Source: Saccharolobus solfataricus (lineage in GTDB: Archaea; Thermoproteota; Thermoprotei_A; Sulfolobales; Sulfolobaceae). From it: a stretch of DNA of 32,000 nt. Each line of letters opens with the position of its first letter. The first letter of the stretch is position 1. Location of the stretch: positions 240,001-272,000 of the forward strand of contig NZ_LT549890.1 in NCBI RefSeq assembly GCF_900079115.1. The letters are read 5' to 3'. Under the pieces are notes generated by a model, which had not been told where the DNA came from, ran no database searches, and worked only from the letters and a program-made list of their open reading frames with translations. Position numbers and translations under genes: made by a program. Positions 8,535 to 17,979 of the stretch are shown here, one piece after another.

Positions 8535-9890
8535 TCAACTTAATTCTACTCCCTTAGTTTCTGGTATTAAAAATAGAGTTATACTACACGATACTAAAGC
8601 TATTATCGAATATATTCCTAGTAGTACTGGGAGTCCAAACTTAGCTAATAACAAAGGAAACGCAGTAATACTAAAAGCTGCAGCAAGTCTATCTACTGCC
8701 ACACTAATAGCTTGGCTGGTCCCTCTAACTTTGGTTGGAACTAACTCTGGGGTTAACATCGCTGATCCTATTATGGACGCGGGTCCAATTGCTGATGACA
8801 AATAGTTCATAAGATAAAATGATAGTCCTAATAATGCTGCCTCTCCGGTTAAACTTTCTGCCGCTTTTAAAGGATTACTTATATGTATCTTAAGTCCAAA
8901 GTAATACGGATCCATGAGGAGTATCGAGTACATAAAAAGCCAAAATGCAACACCAGCATAACCTATTACGATTAATGGTTTTCTTCCTATTTTGTCAACT
9001 AGATAAATGCTAATTATCTGACCTGGCAAACCTGCAAGAAACTGTGCCAAATAGGTGAATTCTATGGGATTTAGACCTAAATTTCCCGCTATTGTTATTG
9101 GTCCATAGATTGCAAATGTAGAGGAATACATATCGTAAAGAAGCCAGAGAATAGAAGATATAATTGTAATTCCTATAGCTGATACGAATCTTTTTGAGAA
9201 CGGGACTTCATCTGGAGAAATTGCAACTTTACTTTTTATTTCTTTTTCTAGTTTTTTTAGCTCTTCTGGTTTCGGTTTAATTCTAGTTAAGAATTTATAT
9301 GTTTCAGGAATTTTTCTCCTTAAGTAAAATACAGAAATTGCTGGGAGAATTCCCATAAACAATACTATTCTCCATATGAGATCATTCTCCATGTTCACTA
9401 ACAGCAAGATTTGCTCAACAAATGCTGCAGTAACTGCACCCATTCCCCAAAGTAGTGCAAAAGTTACTATCATTCGTTTTCCTCTATTTTTGGGATTTGA
9501 ATTCTCTGCAGTAATTATAGGAGAAAGAACATAATCTGCGCCAATCCCAAAACCTAAGATTATTCTAGACATGACTAACTCTGCAAAATTTGTTGATATT
9601 GACTGAAATAGTATTCCTAAACTCATTAAAGCTACATCGAGACCGTAAATAAACTTTCTTCCTAGTTTATCTGATAAAAAGCCTAATAGAATTGCGGAAA
9701 CTGCTGCACCATAATATGCACTAGCTATAACTATCCCTTCCTCTAGTCCATTTAATAGAAATTCCTTTTGTATATAATAGAAAACTAATGAAATCGCATA
9801 AAGTTCATATCCATCAGTAAATACTCCCATACCGGCTGTTAAGACGCTCTTGAATTCTAGTGAGGAAAAGTCCGGTTTATTATAACCCAT
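8535..9890 (-). CDS. MFS transporter, phosphate:H+ symporter (Pho84/PHT1-like) subfamily
   Basis: 451 aa with about 12 hydrophobic segments. MFS motif: [12 protein letters not shown]. The N-terminal [14 protein letters not shown] resembles the GFFTDAYDLFCIS signature of Pho84/PHT1 transporters. The subfamily call is moderate. Confidence 0.85.
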   Translation of the reverse strand: MGYNKPDFSSLEFKSVLTAGMGVFTDGYELYAISLVFYYIQKEFLLNGLEEGIVIASAYYGAAVSAILLGFLSDKLGRKFIYGLDVALMSLGILFQSISTNFAELVMSRIILGFGIGADYVLSPIITAENSNPKNRGKRMIVTFALLWGMGAVTAAFVEQILLLVNMENDLIWRIVLFMGILPAISVFYLRRKIPETYKFLTRIKPKPEELKKLEKEIKSKVAISPDEVPFSKRFVSAIGITIISSILWLLYDMYSSTFAIYGPITIAGNLGLNPIEFTYLAQFLAGLPGQIISIYLVDKIGRKPLIVIGYAGVAFWLFMYSILLMDPYYFGLKIHISNPLKAAESLTGEAALLGLSFYLMNYLSSAIGPASIIGSAMLTPELVPTKVRGTSQAISVAVDRLAAAFSITAFPLLLAKFGLPVLLGIYSIIALVSCSITLFLIPETKGVELS

Positions 9891-9961
9891 TTCGTACTGT
9901 GTATACTCTGTTGAGGTTATAAGAGTATCTAGAATTAGTATATACCAAGTAATAATATGTG

Positions 9962-10051
9962 CGGACCCGCCGGGATTTGAACCCGGGACCGCCGGCTATC
10001 CTCCTTAGACGCTAGAAGGCCGGCGCTCCGTCCTGGCTGAGCTACGGGTCC
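9962..10051 (-). tRNA. tRNA-Arg (anticodon TCT) with a 15-nt intron after position 37
   Basis: The reverse complement folds as follows. Acceptor GGACCCG. D arm GCTC..GAGC. Anticodon stem CCGGC/GCCGG with loop CTTCTA[intron gcgtctaaggaggat]A. T arm CCGGG-TTCAAAT-CCCGG. Acceptor CGGGTCC plus G. The intron is at plus-strand 9998-10012. Intron AAGG can pair with exon CCTT, consistent with a bulge-helix-bulge site. Confidence 0.9.
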
Positions 10052-10066
10052 AACATAAAATGAGAA

Positions 10067-10080
10067 TTTAATAAAATAAG
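10067..10080 (-). promoter_or_regulatory. TATA-like element upstream of tRNA-Arg(TCT)
   Basis: On the minus strand, cttattttattaaa lies about 16-29 nt upstream of the tRNA 5' end (10051). Confidence 0.4.
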
Positions 10081-10094
10081 ATTTTCTCATTCAT

Positions 10095-10439
10095 TTACTC
10101 GTACTCTCTCCATACTTTACCGCATTTCGTGCACTTATAAAATCTAGTAGGTGGCTCATCCGCCCTTCTAGTTTGTAATATCCAGAAATAGGCTTCATCA
10201 TTTTTGCATGAAGGACATAGAACACCTTTTATTTTTTGTGCACCACTGGGCATTTCCTCCTCTTCTAATACTAACGTTTTTTCTTTAATACTATGTTTTA
10301 CTTTACTCGTTACTACTATCGTTGTTTCTGGGACCTCTTTTTCATAACCACATTTGGTACATCTATATACGTTCTTGCCATTGGATTTCTTTGGAACCAT
10401 CATAGAGTTACATTTGGGACAGAACTTCACTACTATCAC
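10095..10439 (-). CDS. tfs: transcription elongation/cleavage factor TFS (RpoM-like)
   Basis: N-terminal Zn ribbon: CPKC..CTKC. C-terminal TFIIS-type Zn ribbon: CPSCKNDEAYFWILQTRRADEPPTRFYKCTKCG, including the acidic hairpin motif RADEP. GTG start at 10439, or GTG 10430 giving MKFCPKC. Confidence 0.9.
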   Translation of the reverse strand: MIVVKFCPKCNSMMVPKKSNGKNVYRCTKCGYEKEVPETTIVVTSKVKHSIKEKTLVLEEEEMPSGAQKIKGVLCPSCKNDEAYFWILQTRRADEPPTRFYKCTKCGKVWREYE

Positions 10440-10448
10440 GCTACAAGC

Positions 10449-10721
10449 TTAACCATTTACTTTATCTATATTTAACTTTTCTGATAGTTTCTTTATGAGA
10501 TTTTCACATATCTTCTCTAGTACTTGTTCTTTAAAGTTCTCACCAATTCCAATATTGGAATATTTGATTTCGTCAACTATGGAAGATGTAGTTATTTGTT
10601 TAATTAGATTATCTTGATTTATATCCAGAAACATCTTCTCTAAGAAGTTACCTCTAAATACACATATTGCATACAAATAGTTAACTTTAACAAATACTGC
10701 TATCCTTGTCTCCTTTTTCAC
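10449..10721 (-). CDS. hypothetical 90-aa protein between rpoL and tfs
   Basis: The GTG start overlaps the rpoL stop (GTGA). The ORF ends 9 nt before tfs. No motif recognised. Confidence 0.45.
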   Translation of the reverse strand: MKKETRIAVFVKVNYLYAICVFRGNFLEKMFLDINQDNLIKQITTSSIVDEIKYSNIGIGENFKEQVLEKICENLIKKLSEKLNIDKVNG

Positions 10722-10996
10722 TTGGTTAATCCCTTTATTTCGTCGATATAGTGTGAGGTCATTCCTCTTATATTTTCAATGGCTTTCAATAAGGCATCTT
10801 TAGGAGTTATTGAACCATCAGTTAGTATTTTAACTATTATTTTATCAGATAAAGGATGTGGTTGATAATATGAAGCAAAACTTACGCCACTAATTCTCCT
10901 CAAGGTACCCGCAATTAAGTTACCTAACGTATGATCCTCTCCTTCTATCTCTAATTCCAAGTAATTACTTTCACTTTTTAGTATTCTAATTTCCAC
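10718..10996 (-). CDS. rpoL: DNA-directed RNA polymerase subunit L (Rpo11)
   Basis: [49 protein letters not shown] is the canonical RpoL/Rpb11 fold signature. GTG start, overlapping the csl4 end by 11 nt. Confidence 0.9.
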
Positions 10997-11555
10997 CTTT
11001 CTTCACCATATAAGATCCTATTTTTCGTTGTTCAATATTTCCGCATCTCTGACATTTTAAATTATTTTCGTCTTGCTTAATCAATAAATATCCACATCTT
11101 GAGCATCTAGCGTAAATAACACCAAGATCTTTCATTTTAATGGTCAAAGCCAAGGGAAAAGTGTATGAAAGTAATTTAGCTTTAATTACATCTCCGATTT
11201 TTATAGCATCTGTTACATTATTAATTTTTTTATTACTTATTTGAGAAATATGTAAGTAAGCTGAAATTGGTGACGCAAGACCTCTCTCCTCGATCCCTAC
11301 TATTGAAACTAGTGCTGAGTCTTCTTTGATAGAATTAACAATGCCAATCACATATTTAGCCTTCTTCAAATGTTGAAATATAATTTTCTTAAATCCTAGT
11401 ACGTTACTCTTCCTATTTAGCATATCATAAAAGATCTTTCCTACAACTGCGGCTCTAACTATACCATTTTGTTCATACGTACCATCGCCAGTCATAAATT
11501 CTTCAATTACTGCTAACTCCTCTCCTGGTAAAGTTAATTCGCCTTGAGTTCTCAC
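10986..11555 (-). CDS. csl4: exosome complex RNA-binding subunit Csl4
   Basis: N-terminal [19 protein letters not shown], a central S1-like domain, and a C-terminal Zn ribbon (CSRCGY...CQRCGN). Adjacency to rpoL is the usual archaeal arrangement. GTG start. Confidence 0.8.
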
Positions 11556-11560
11556 TTAGT

Positions 11561-12562
11561 TCACCATGGAAAAATATAGGGTTCCAGACTATTATTTATG
11601 ATCATTTTTGCCTCTCCAGGCGTTAATACTGGTTTTTCATAGTTGTATAGGTCATCTATTGGCAGTCTAGGACAAGATGTGACTAAAAATACGTCTATAT
11701 AATTTCTATCTAAATTTCTAAGTATGTCTAGTGTTAATACCTTATTTGTTACTGTAAATACATCATAGCCTTTTTCGGTTAACTTATCATAGAAATATTT
11801 TATCATGTTTGGTCTATTTTGTCCAACCTTAACCCCTTGTATAATTACCCAACTACGTTTATCTAATGCTTGTAATATTTTACCATATCTAACTTTCAGT
11901 ATCTTCCTAACATCATTTGTTATATCCTCACTTTTCTGTAAATACGGATCAAGTTTTATAGTTGGTTTGTTTGTAGCTAATCCTAAACCTAAAGCGTGAA
12001 ATAATCCTCCTGATACAATCACATAAATATCTGCTTCTACTTCAGCAGCTTTATAATCACATCCTAAAACTTGTCCATCAAACATAAATCTATTAGATGG
12101 TTTACCTATAACTATATCGTATCCCTTATCTTCTAAGAAAGACTTAATTTTAGATAATAATCTTACATGTTGTAAAGTTGCCGTTAATGAGATTTTTCTT
12201 CCATTATATTTACTGATATCATTTTCTAAAGAATGAAGAGCATTTTCAGAAATATCTAAATTACTTTCAGCGTTAATAAATATGGTAGGAAACTTGGGAT
12301 AGTACCACGTATAAGGGGTATGACCGAAGTGAATTATAAGGTCAGCATTTACTTGTTGTGCCTCATCCTCTGCTATGTCGCAAGCACCCCAACTAGGCTC
12401 ACCTGATATTATAAAATTAACGTTAGGTAGTTTTTCCCTTAACTTCTTTACTATATCTATAGAAAAATACTTTAATCCTTCAGGAAATTGTAAAAGAACA
12501 CGTTTCGCGTTCTTTTCACGTATCTCCTTGATTACACGTTCCTCTTCGAAATTATAGCTCAA
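11561..12562 (-). CDS. dph2: diphthamide biosynthesis protein Dph2 (2-(3-amino-3-carboxypropyl)histidine synthase, radical SAM-like)
   Basis: Blocks [32 protein letters not shown] and [11 protein letters not shown]...KPVLTP align with archaeal Dph2 (P. horikoshii type). The TTG start overlaps the L10e stop (TTGA). Confidence 0.85.
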   Translation of the reverse strand: MSYNFEEERVIKEIREKNAKRVLLQFPEGLKYFSIDIVKKLREKLPNVNFIISGEPSWGACDIAEDEAQQVNADLIIHFGHTPYTWYYPKFPTIFINAESNLDISENALHSLENDISKYNGRKISLTATLQHVRLLSKIKSFLEDKGYDIVIGKPSNRFMFDGQVLGCDYKAAEVEADIYVIVSGGLFHALGLGLATNKPTIKLDPYLQKSEDITNDVRKILKVRYGKILQALDKRSWVIIQGVKVGQNRPNMIKYFYDKLTEKGYDVFTVTNKVLTLDILRNLDRNYIDVFLVTSCPRLPIDDLYNYEKPVLTPGEAKMIINNSLEPYIFPW

Positions 12563-13095
12563 CTTTGAACCTCCTGTCTTACGAGCCTTAATGGAATGAT
12601 CTCAATTCTAGTACGCAAAGGTAGTTTCTTTGATGCTATCTTTAACGCCTCCTTTGCAAATTCTAGATGTTCTTTTTTAACTTTTATTACAATTAAAGTT
12701 TCTCCCAGTTTTTCAATCCTAGCAGCAGTACCTATTGGTGTACCAAAAGACAATCTCATTCCATCTTGCAATCTATCAGCTCCAGCAAACGCCATCATTT
12801 TATTCTCTCTTAGCACATGATGGGGATACTTTAATATCCACATAAAGAACGAAGTTTCACTTCCAGTTTTCTTAGATAACGTCTTAAGAGTAAGAGTTCT
12901 GACAGCCTCTAAAGCATTATGTCTTATTTGCCCTATCTCAGTAGTAATTAACCTAACCTCATAGTCATAATCTCCATTTGGATTTCCAGAAGTGAACTTA
13001 GTTATCTTTGGCTGTGGAATACCAGGGATATATTCCTTCCTGGTATAGGCAGGACCGGAGAAATGTCTATAACATCTTCCAGGTCGTAGTGGCAT
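12559..13095 (-). CDS. rpl10e: 50S ribosomal protein L10e (uL16)
   Basis: [27 protein letters not shown]... is the typical archaeal L10e N-terminus. 178 aa. Confidence 0.95.
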   Translation of the reverse strand: MPLRPGRCYRHFSGPAYTRKEYIPGIPQPKITKFTSGNPNGDYDYEVRLITTEIGQIRHNALEAVRTLTLKTLSKKTGSETSFFMWILKYPHHVLRENKMMAFAGADRLQDGMRLSFGTPIGTAARIEKLGETLIVIKVKKEHLEFAKEALKIASKKLPLRTRIEIIPLRLVRQEVQS

Positions 13096-13136
13096 TTAAC
13101 ATCACGATATAAACATTTATATTAAAGACTAAATAT

Positions 13137-13382
13137 TTAACTTATAGCATCAAATGACGATTGAAGCGCTTTTATATGTGCCAATATCTCGTCTGCAGTA
13201 TTTCTAACTGTCATTAAATCGTTTGGTTTTGTAACTCTCATCTTTATTACAATCTCAAACTCTTTGCCTTCTACTTTGCTTTCAATTGACATTCCTTCTG
13301 GCAAATTTACATCATCAACTTTTAAACTTCTTATAAATAGTTCTGCATCCTTATATTCCGATGAGATTCTTAACTCTATCAT
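13137..13382 (-). CDS. pcc1: KEOPS complex subunit Pcc1-like protein
   Basis: About 81 aa. The pattern ELRISSEYKDAELFIRSLKVDD...VEGKEFEIVIKM...DLMTVRNTADEILAHIKAL parallels archaeal Pcc1 (a.i.i.F.s...A..v..al..e....g..l.i.i.a.d...LR...nS.l.wik). The ORF-track TTG 13385 is followed directly by ATG 13382. Confidence 0.55.
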   Translation of the reverse strand: MIELRISSEYKDAELFIRSLKVDDVNLPEGMSIESKVEGKEFEIVIKMRVTKPNDLMTVRNTADEILAHIKALQSSFDAIS

Positions 13383-14430
13383 CAATTTTAATCAATCCTT
13401 CTTTCTTTACTGACGGAATAAAAAATCTACTAGTGAAAAGTCTATCATTGTCTCTGATTACTATCATTTTATCTCTCCTTATTTTTTGTAACTGTAACAA
13501 TATTATTTGTGCTAAGAGAGGAGAAGTGAGATTAGATGTCTCAACAATATAATATGACTGTTTATTTTCAATAGAATTGATTGAGAATCCCTTGGAGAGA
13601 GTTTGCCTAAATCTACTAATTAATGCCTCTGCATAAGAGGATGACAGGACAAACTGTAAGATCTCATTACTGCCAATAGTATCAAACGAATAAATTAAAG
13701 AGAATGCCAACTCTAATATATCATAATCAAGATAAAAAAATCTATCCGTAATTATATCATCCCTAGTGAATTTTGGATTTTCTTTCACAATAGTAGAAAT
13801 TATTCTGAAAAGTAATGTATTTAGCTGACTCTCATTCAAATCTTCTAATTTCGATATCTCACTAGCGTTTACCTCTCTTATGAGACTTATGGCATTTTCT
13901 CTATTGCCAGATATGCCAGGTATATAAGGATCTAGAGAAAACATTAACGATAAAAAGGCTGGTAAAGTTTTATATGCAGGAATTTTCAGATTTTTTTCGA
14001 TAGTCATATCAAATTTCTCCATTTCCCTTATTGTCTCTAATTCCCATTCGGAAAGTGATCTTCTGTCTAATATTGTAGACGTTATAATACAACTAACAAT
14101 TGGCAAGACATCTTCAGCAGTTATAGGTAAATATGAACAAAAGGAATTCTGACCCAAGAAATATTTTTTCTTATTATCTATTATCCATTTCCCGTTAGCG
14201 TCAAGTCTAATTTGTGTTTCACATTCTTCTGGAATGAACGAAAGAGTGAAAGAATTCTTAGTATTTTTGGAAATAATAAATGAAAATAGGATAGGCTCTA
14301 TAGAATAGTACGCAGATAAACACAAATTATCCTTAGAATACACATTCCTAACTACTTCCCTTATTTCTTGATTATTCGGCTCTCCTAAGAATACTTCCAT
14401 TACTATCTCTTTAGAATTTCTTTTGACCAT
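13351..14430 (-). CDS. RecJ-like protein without DHH catalytic motifs; probable Cdc45/RecJdbh-type GINS-associated replication factor
   Basis: 359 aa with no DHH or DxD phosphoesterase motifs visible. The segment DPYIPGISGNRENAISLIREV resembles the linker motif of archaeal RecJ/GAN proteins as I recall it. The position in the locus agrees with my memory of Sulfolobus RecJdbh. An alternative start, ATG 14400 (MEVFLGE), lies 2 nt after the upstream stop. The function call is tentative. Confidence 0.5.
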   Translation of the reverse strand: MVKRNSKEIVMEVFLGEPNNQEIREVVRNVYSKDNLCLSAYYSIEPILFSFIISKNTKNSFTLSFIPEECETQIRLDANGKWIIDNKKKYFLGQNSFCSYLPITAEDVLPIVSCIITSTILDRRSLSEWELETIREMEKFDMTIEKNLKIPAYKTLPAFLSLMFSLDPYIPGISGNRENAISLIREVNASEISKLEDLNESQLNTLLFRIISTIVKENPKFTRDDIITDRFFYLDYDILELAFSLIYSFDTIGSNEILQFVLSSSYAEALISRFRQTLSKGFSINSIENKQSYYIVETSNLTSPLLAQIILLQLQKIRRDKMIVIRDNDRLFTSRFFIPSVKKEGLIKIDDRVKNLIGI

Positions 14431-15299
14431 TTTTTAAGCTCTTCAAAGCTCATATCCTTAAAGAAAATAGATCCAAGCAAGTTTGATATAATATAGTTCA
14501 ATCTTGTAGCAAAGACGTAAGAGGGATTTAAAAATATTGATAACGCTAATTCTCCCACTATTGCTGCAGATGGTATCGGTATTAATATAGATACTTGGTA
14601 TAAAAAAGAGATAAAAATTGACAAGAAAATATTATGTGTTACATAATAAAAATAACCTCCATATAAGGCAAAACTAAATATATCAATCATGATATAAATT
14701 ACAAAATCCTTTGTGGTTCCTTGCTTAAGGTAATATTTAAATTCCATATAATCTGTAACAATTCGTTCCATTTTAACTATCTTAAAGATAAATTGTTCAA
14801 TTTTATTTACTTTATCATGTTGCAAGTAAAAATACGACAATGCTCCTATCCATCCAGCTATGTTAAATAATACGACTAGAATGAATACAAATTCTAATGG
14901 GTTAAAAAAGAATGGCAGCAGTAAAATATAGCCCAAACATATTGCGAGCACATCTATGGATCCTATAAGAATAGAGTAGCTAAACGCTTGCCTTAAGTTT
15001 ACCCCATATTTGTTGTAAACTAAACTTCTAACCAATTCTTGTCCAGCCCATCCAGGTACTAATAAACCTACGAAGTTACCTAGTAATCTTGCTCTTAACG
15101 TTATATCTACTCTACGCTTAATTAGTAATGAATCCTTAAATGATGAGACGAAATTCTGGGCAGTATACGTTAAAAGAAAAATCAGAAAGAATTTGGGATC
15201 TTCTTGTAAAACATATATTATATTAATCTTAAATATGTATGCATAGACTATGATCACTATAAACGGAAGAAAAATAGCTGCAATGTATTTCTTATCCAT
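14403..15299 (-). CDS. polytopic membrane protein, flippase-like (UPF0104 / LPG-synthase TM-region family) candidate
   Basis: 298 aa with about 8 hydrophobic helices. The loop RARLLGNFVGLLVPGWAGQELVRSLVY resembles the conserved R..f.n...P...GGe..R motif of the UPF0104 family. The start overlaps the E1-like stop (TAATG). Confidence 0.55.
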   Translation of the reverse strand: MDKKYIAAIFLPFIVIIVYAYIFKINIIYVLQEDPKFFLIFLLTYTAQNFVSSFKDSLLIKRRVDITLRARLLGNFVGLLVPGWAGQELVRSLVYNKYGVNLRQAFSYSILIGSIDVLAICLGYILLLPFFFNPLEFVFILVVLFNIAGWIGALSYFYLQHDKVNKIEQFIFKIVKMERIVTDYMEFKYYLKQGTTKDFVIYIMIDIFSFALYGGYFYYVTHNIFLSIFISFLYQVSILIPIPSAAIVGELALSIFLNPSYVFATRLNYIISNLLGSIFFKDMSFEELKKWSKEILKR

Positions 15300-16174
15300 T
15301 ATCTTCCCCTTTTCTCAAAACATCCAATACTAGGATAGCATAAAGTTACATTCCCAAGATTTTTAAACACTTTGGGCTCATCTAACTCAGGAATTTTCAT
15401 ATTAGTTCTAAATATTCCACATTTAGGTTTACTTATCTTTTGATATAGAAAAGGATACTCATTTAGAACGCATGTCTTACATTGTGAGTTCTTCTCGATG
15501 TTAATTCTCTCAATTTTTAATTCTCTAGAATCTATATAGAATAATGAATAATCCGGATTGCCTCTCAAGTGATTAAGCATTAAGTTAACTTGAAGTGTAG
15601 CTGTTAATTCTACTATTAGTGGAGTAGTTCCAATAACATCACATGAATTCCCAATTTCGTCTTGATCTGAATAGTCAATAAAACAAGATAAACAGGAGGT
15701 TTGACTAGGGTCTATCAGTTTAGCAGAACCGTATTCACCATTAATTCCTCCATATATTAGGATTTTTCCTAATTTTACTATAGCATCATTTAACAATAGC
15801 TTGTAGTACAAGCTGTCTAATGCATCGAACACGTAATCCTTATCAGAAATTAGCCTCTCGACGTTCTCCTCGTCGAGTATATCTATAATATAATTAATTT
15901 TGATTGAAGAATTTATAAGGGATATTTTTTTAGCGCAAACTTCAGCTTTAGGTTTGCCTACATCATTTTCATCAAATAAATGGACCCTATGTAGATTAGT
16001 TATATCTACCACATCTGCATCTACTATAGTTAACTCTTTAACTCCTAGCCTAGCTAGCAACTCTGCAACGGCAGTACCTAAAGCTCCACAGCCTGCAATT
16101 AATATCTTTAACTCATTTAACCTCTGTTGAATTCCTAATCCTAAAACTATTAGTTGCCTAGAATATCTTTCCAC
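15299..16174 (-). CDS. E1-like ThiF/MoeB/UBA-family adenylyltransferase (ubiquitin-like modifier activating enzyme)
   Basis: ERYSRQL start region. Nucleotide-binding loop: ILIAGCGALGTAVAELLARLGV..LTIVDADVVDITNLHRV. Two Zn CxxC pairs (CLSC, CKTC). Catalytic-Cys block: SCDVIGTTPLIVELTATLQ. The ORF-track start at 16300 adds 42 residues that overlap the divergent tkt gene. In-frame GTG 16174 (V-ERYSRQL) with a TATA about 22-30 nt upstream is preferred. Confidence 0.85.
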   Translation of the reverse strand: MERYSRQLIVLGLGIQQRLNELKILIAGCGALGTAVAELLARLGVKELTIVDADVVDITNLHRVHLFDENDVGKPKAEVCAKKISLINSSIKINYIIDILDEENVERLISDKDYVFDALDSLYYKLLLNDAIVKLGKILIYGGINGEYGSAKLIDPSQTSCLSCFIDYSDQDEIGNSCDVIGTTPLIVELTATLQVNLMLNHLRGNPDYSLFYIDSRELKIERINIEKNSQCKTCVLNEYPFLYQKISKPKCGIFRTNMKIPELDEPKVFKNLGNVTLCYPSIGCFEKRGR

Positions 16175-16223
16175 AAGATTATAATGTAGAATAATCTTTA
16201 AAAATAAGTGTTGCCTACTAAAA
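16175..16223. promoter_or_regulatory. compact divergent promoter region (E1-like operon to the left, aro operon to the right)
   Basis: A 49-bp spacer contains ctttaaaaataag (16196-16208) and ttataatgtag (16178-16188). The A/T block midpoint is nearly equidistant from GTG 16174 (minus) and GTG 16224 (plus). Confidence 0.45.
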
Positions 16224-17069
16224 GTGGGGATTGATATTGTTCCAATGGAAAAAGGTGGAGGGAGTGATGGAACTCCAATATCAATAGAGGAATTGGACAA
16301 GTTAAGACAAGTAGCTGAAAAGGCAAGAAGAAATGTAATAAAAATGCTATTTTATGATCAAACAATACATGTGGGATCGTCCCTAAGTAGCATAGAGATA
16401 TTAACTACGTTAATATTCAAGCATATAAGGACGGATTCAAGCTTAGTGAATAAAGACTGGCTTATTTTAAGTAAAGGCCATGCAGCGCCAGCTCTTTATG
16501 CCGTTTTAGCTGAAAAAGGTTACATAAAAGAAGAGGAACTTTGGAGAATACAAGATATAACGGGATTATTACAAGGGCATCCAGAAACTTTTATTCCCGG
16601 TGTAGATATGTCGACTGGTAGTTTAGGGCAAGGTTTGAGCTTTGGAATAGGTGTTGCTACTGGTATAAAGATGGCCAACGGCACTGGAAGAGTATATGTC
16701 ATAATGGGTGATGGTGAACAGGATGAGGGAGAAATATGGGAGGCTATGACGCATGCAGTAGTTAGAAATCTTGATAACTTAATTGCATTTATAGAGATGA
16801 ACAATTTCCAGCTTGATGGTTCAACAGATGAGATAAAACCAAAGAACTTCTTACCTAAGGTATGGGAAGCAGTAGGTTGGAAAGTATTAAACTGCGATGG
16901 GCATGATTTCATTAGTATTACTAATGCAGTTAACGAGGCATATAAGGCAAGCAAGCCCGTAGTAATATTCGCTAAGACTGTAAGAGGAAAGGGGTTTCCT
17001 CCAATAGAAAATACCCATAAACAGAGGTCCAGTCCAGATGATGCAAGGAAATATTTACTCAATGCGTGA
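16224..17069 (+). CDS. tkt: transketolase, N-terminal (TPP-binding) subunit
   Basis: [19 protein letters not shown] and the TPP motif [13 protein letters not shown]...NN are present. This is the split archaeal transketolase. The start may be ATG 16245 (MEKGGG) rather than GTG 16224. Confidence 0.9.
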   Translation: MGIDIVPMEKGGGSDGTPISIEELDKLRQVAEKARRNVIKMLFYDQTIHVGSSLSSIEILTTLIFKHIRTDSSLVNKDWLILSKGHAAPALYAVLAEKGYIKEEELWRIQDITGLLQGHPETFIPGVDMSTGSLGQGLSFGIGVATGIKMANGTGRVYVIMGDGEQDEGEIWEAMTHAVVRNLDNLIAFIEMNNFQLDGSTDEIKPKNFLPKVWEAVGWKVLNCDGHDFISITNAVNEAYKASKPVVIFAKTVRGKGFPPIENTHKQRSSPDDARKYLLNA

Positions 17070-17979
17070 AACCTTCGGAAGGCTATTAGCAGACCTAGGG
17101 GATAAGAACAAGGATCTAGTCGTGATAACTGCAGATGTAGGAGACTCTACCAGAGCGCTATACTTTAGAGAGAAGTTTAAGGATAGATACTTTAATGTAG
17201 GCATAGCAGAGCAAGATATGGTGAATTTTGCTGCTGGCTTGGCTGCTGTAGGAAAAAAGCCCGCTATAGTTAACTTTGGAATGTTCTTAATGAGAGCGTG
17301 GGAGCAGATAAGAAATAGTATAGCTAGAATGAATCTAGACGTCAAGATGTTTGTAACACACACCGGATACAGTGACCACGGTGATGGTTCGAGTCATCAA
17401 GTTCTCGAAGATATAGCGCTAATGCGTGTATTACCAAACATGAAAGTAGTAGTACCAGCAGATCCTAAGGATATTGAAAGAAGCTTACCAGTTATAATTA
17501 ATGAGGAAAGGGGTCCATTGTATTATAGGATAGGTAGAGAATATTCACCACCAATCACTATAGGACAAGAATACGAATTCAAGATTGGTAAAGCTTATGT
17601 GATTAAGGATGGGAGTGACTTAGCCATAATAGGAGCAGGCGTTGTTTTGTGGGATGCACTAAAGGCGGCTGAAGAATTAGAGAAATTAGGAATTAGCGTA
17701 GCAGTTATAAATTTATTCTCAATAAAGCCTATTGACGAAAATACAATAGAATATTATGCTAGAAAGGCTGGTAAGATAATTACTATTGAGGAACATAGCA
17801 TATATGGAGGTATTGGTTCTGCCGTTGCAGAGGTTACGGCTAGGCGTTATCCAGTACCCATAAGATTTGTAGGTGCTACGACTTTTGGAAGATCTGCTAG
17901 AAGCCAAAGGGATCTACTAGATTACTATAATATAAACTATAAAACAATTATAAGGGAGGCAATTGATTTATTGAAGTAG
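17062..17979 (+). CDS. tkt: transketolase, C-terminal (pyrimidine-binding plus C-terminal domain) subunit
   Basis: MRETFGRLL...[11 protein letters not shown]...GIAEQDMV...[14 protein letters not shown]...ED is typical. ATG 17062 overlaps the upstream stop (ATGCGTGA). The ORF track lists 17038. Confidence 0.9.
   Translation: MRETFGRLLADLGDKNKDLVVITADVGDSTRALYFREKFKDRYFNVGIAEQDMVNFAAGLAAVGKKPAIVNFGMFLMRAWEQIRNSIARMNLDVKMFVTHTGYSDHGDGSSHQVLEDIALMRVLPNMKVVVPADPKDIERSLPVIINEERGPLYYRIGREYSPPITIGQEYEFKIGKAYVIKDGSDLAIIGAGVVLWDALKAAEELEKLGISVAVINLFSIKPIDENTIEYYARKAGKIITIEEHSIYGGIGSAVAEVTARRYPVPIRFVGATTFGRSARSQRDLLDYYNINYKTIIREAIDLLK

Noticed and set aside
9962-10051. tRNA-Arg(TCT) as the missing attR of the integrated element
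   Set aside because: Integration creates direct repeats. This copy is in inverted orientation, is a complete tRNA gene with its own promoter and intron, and has no int(C) next to it.
16175-16300. 42-codon N-terminal extension of the E1-like ORF ([18 protein letters not shown]...)
   Set aside because: It would overlap the divergent transketolase start head-to-head and leave no promoter. An in-frame GTG at 16174 gives the canonical ERYSRQL N-terminus with a TATA at the right distance.
16520-17062. 180-aa minus-strand ORF antisense to the transketolase N-terminal subunit
   Set aside because: It lies entirely inside a confidently identified gene on the other strand. Its composition is low-complexity and Ser/Pro/Cys/Leu-rich, typical of a shadow frame. 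No start context or motif is present.
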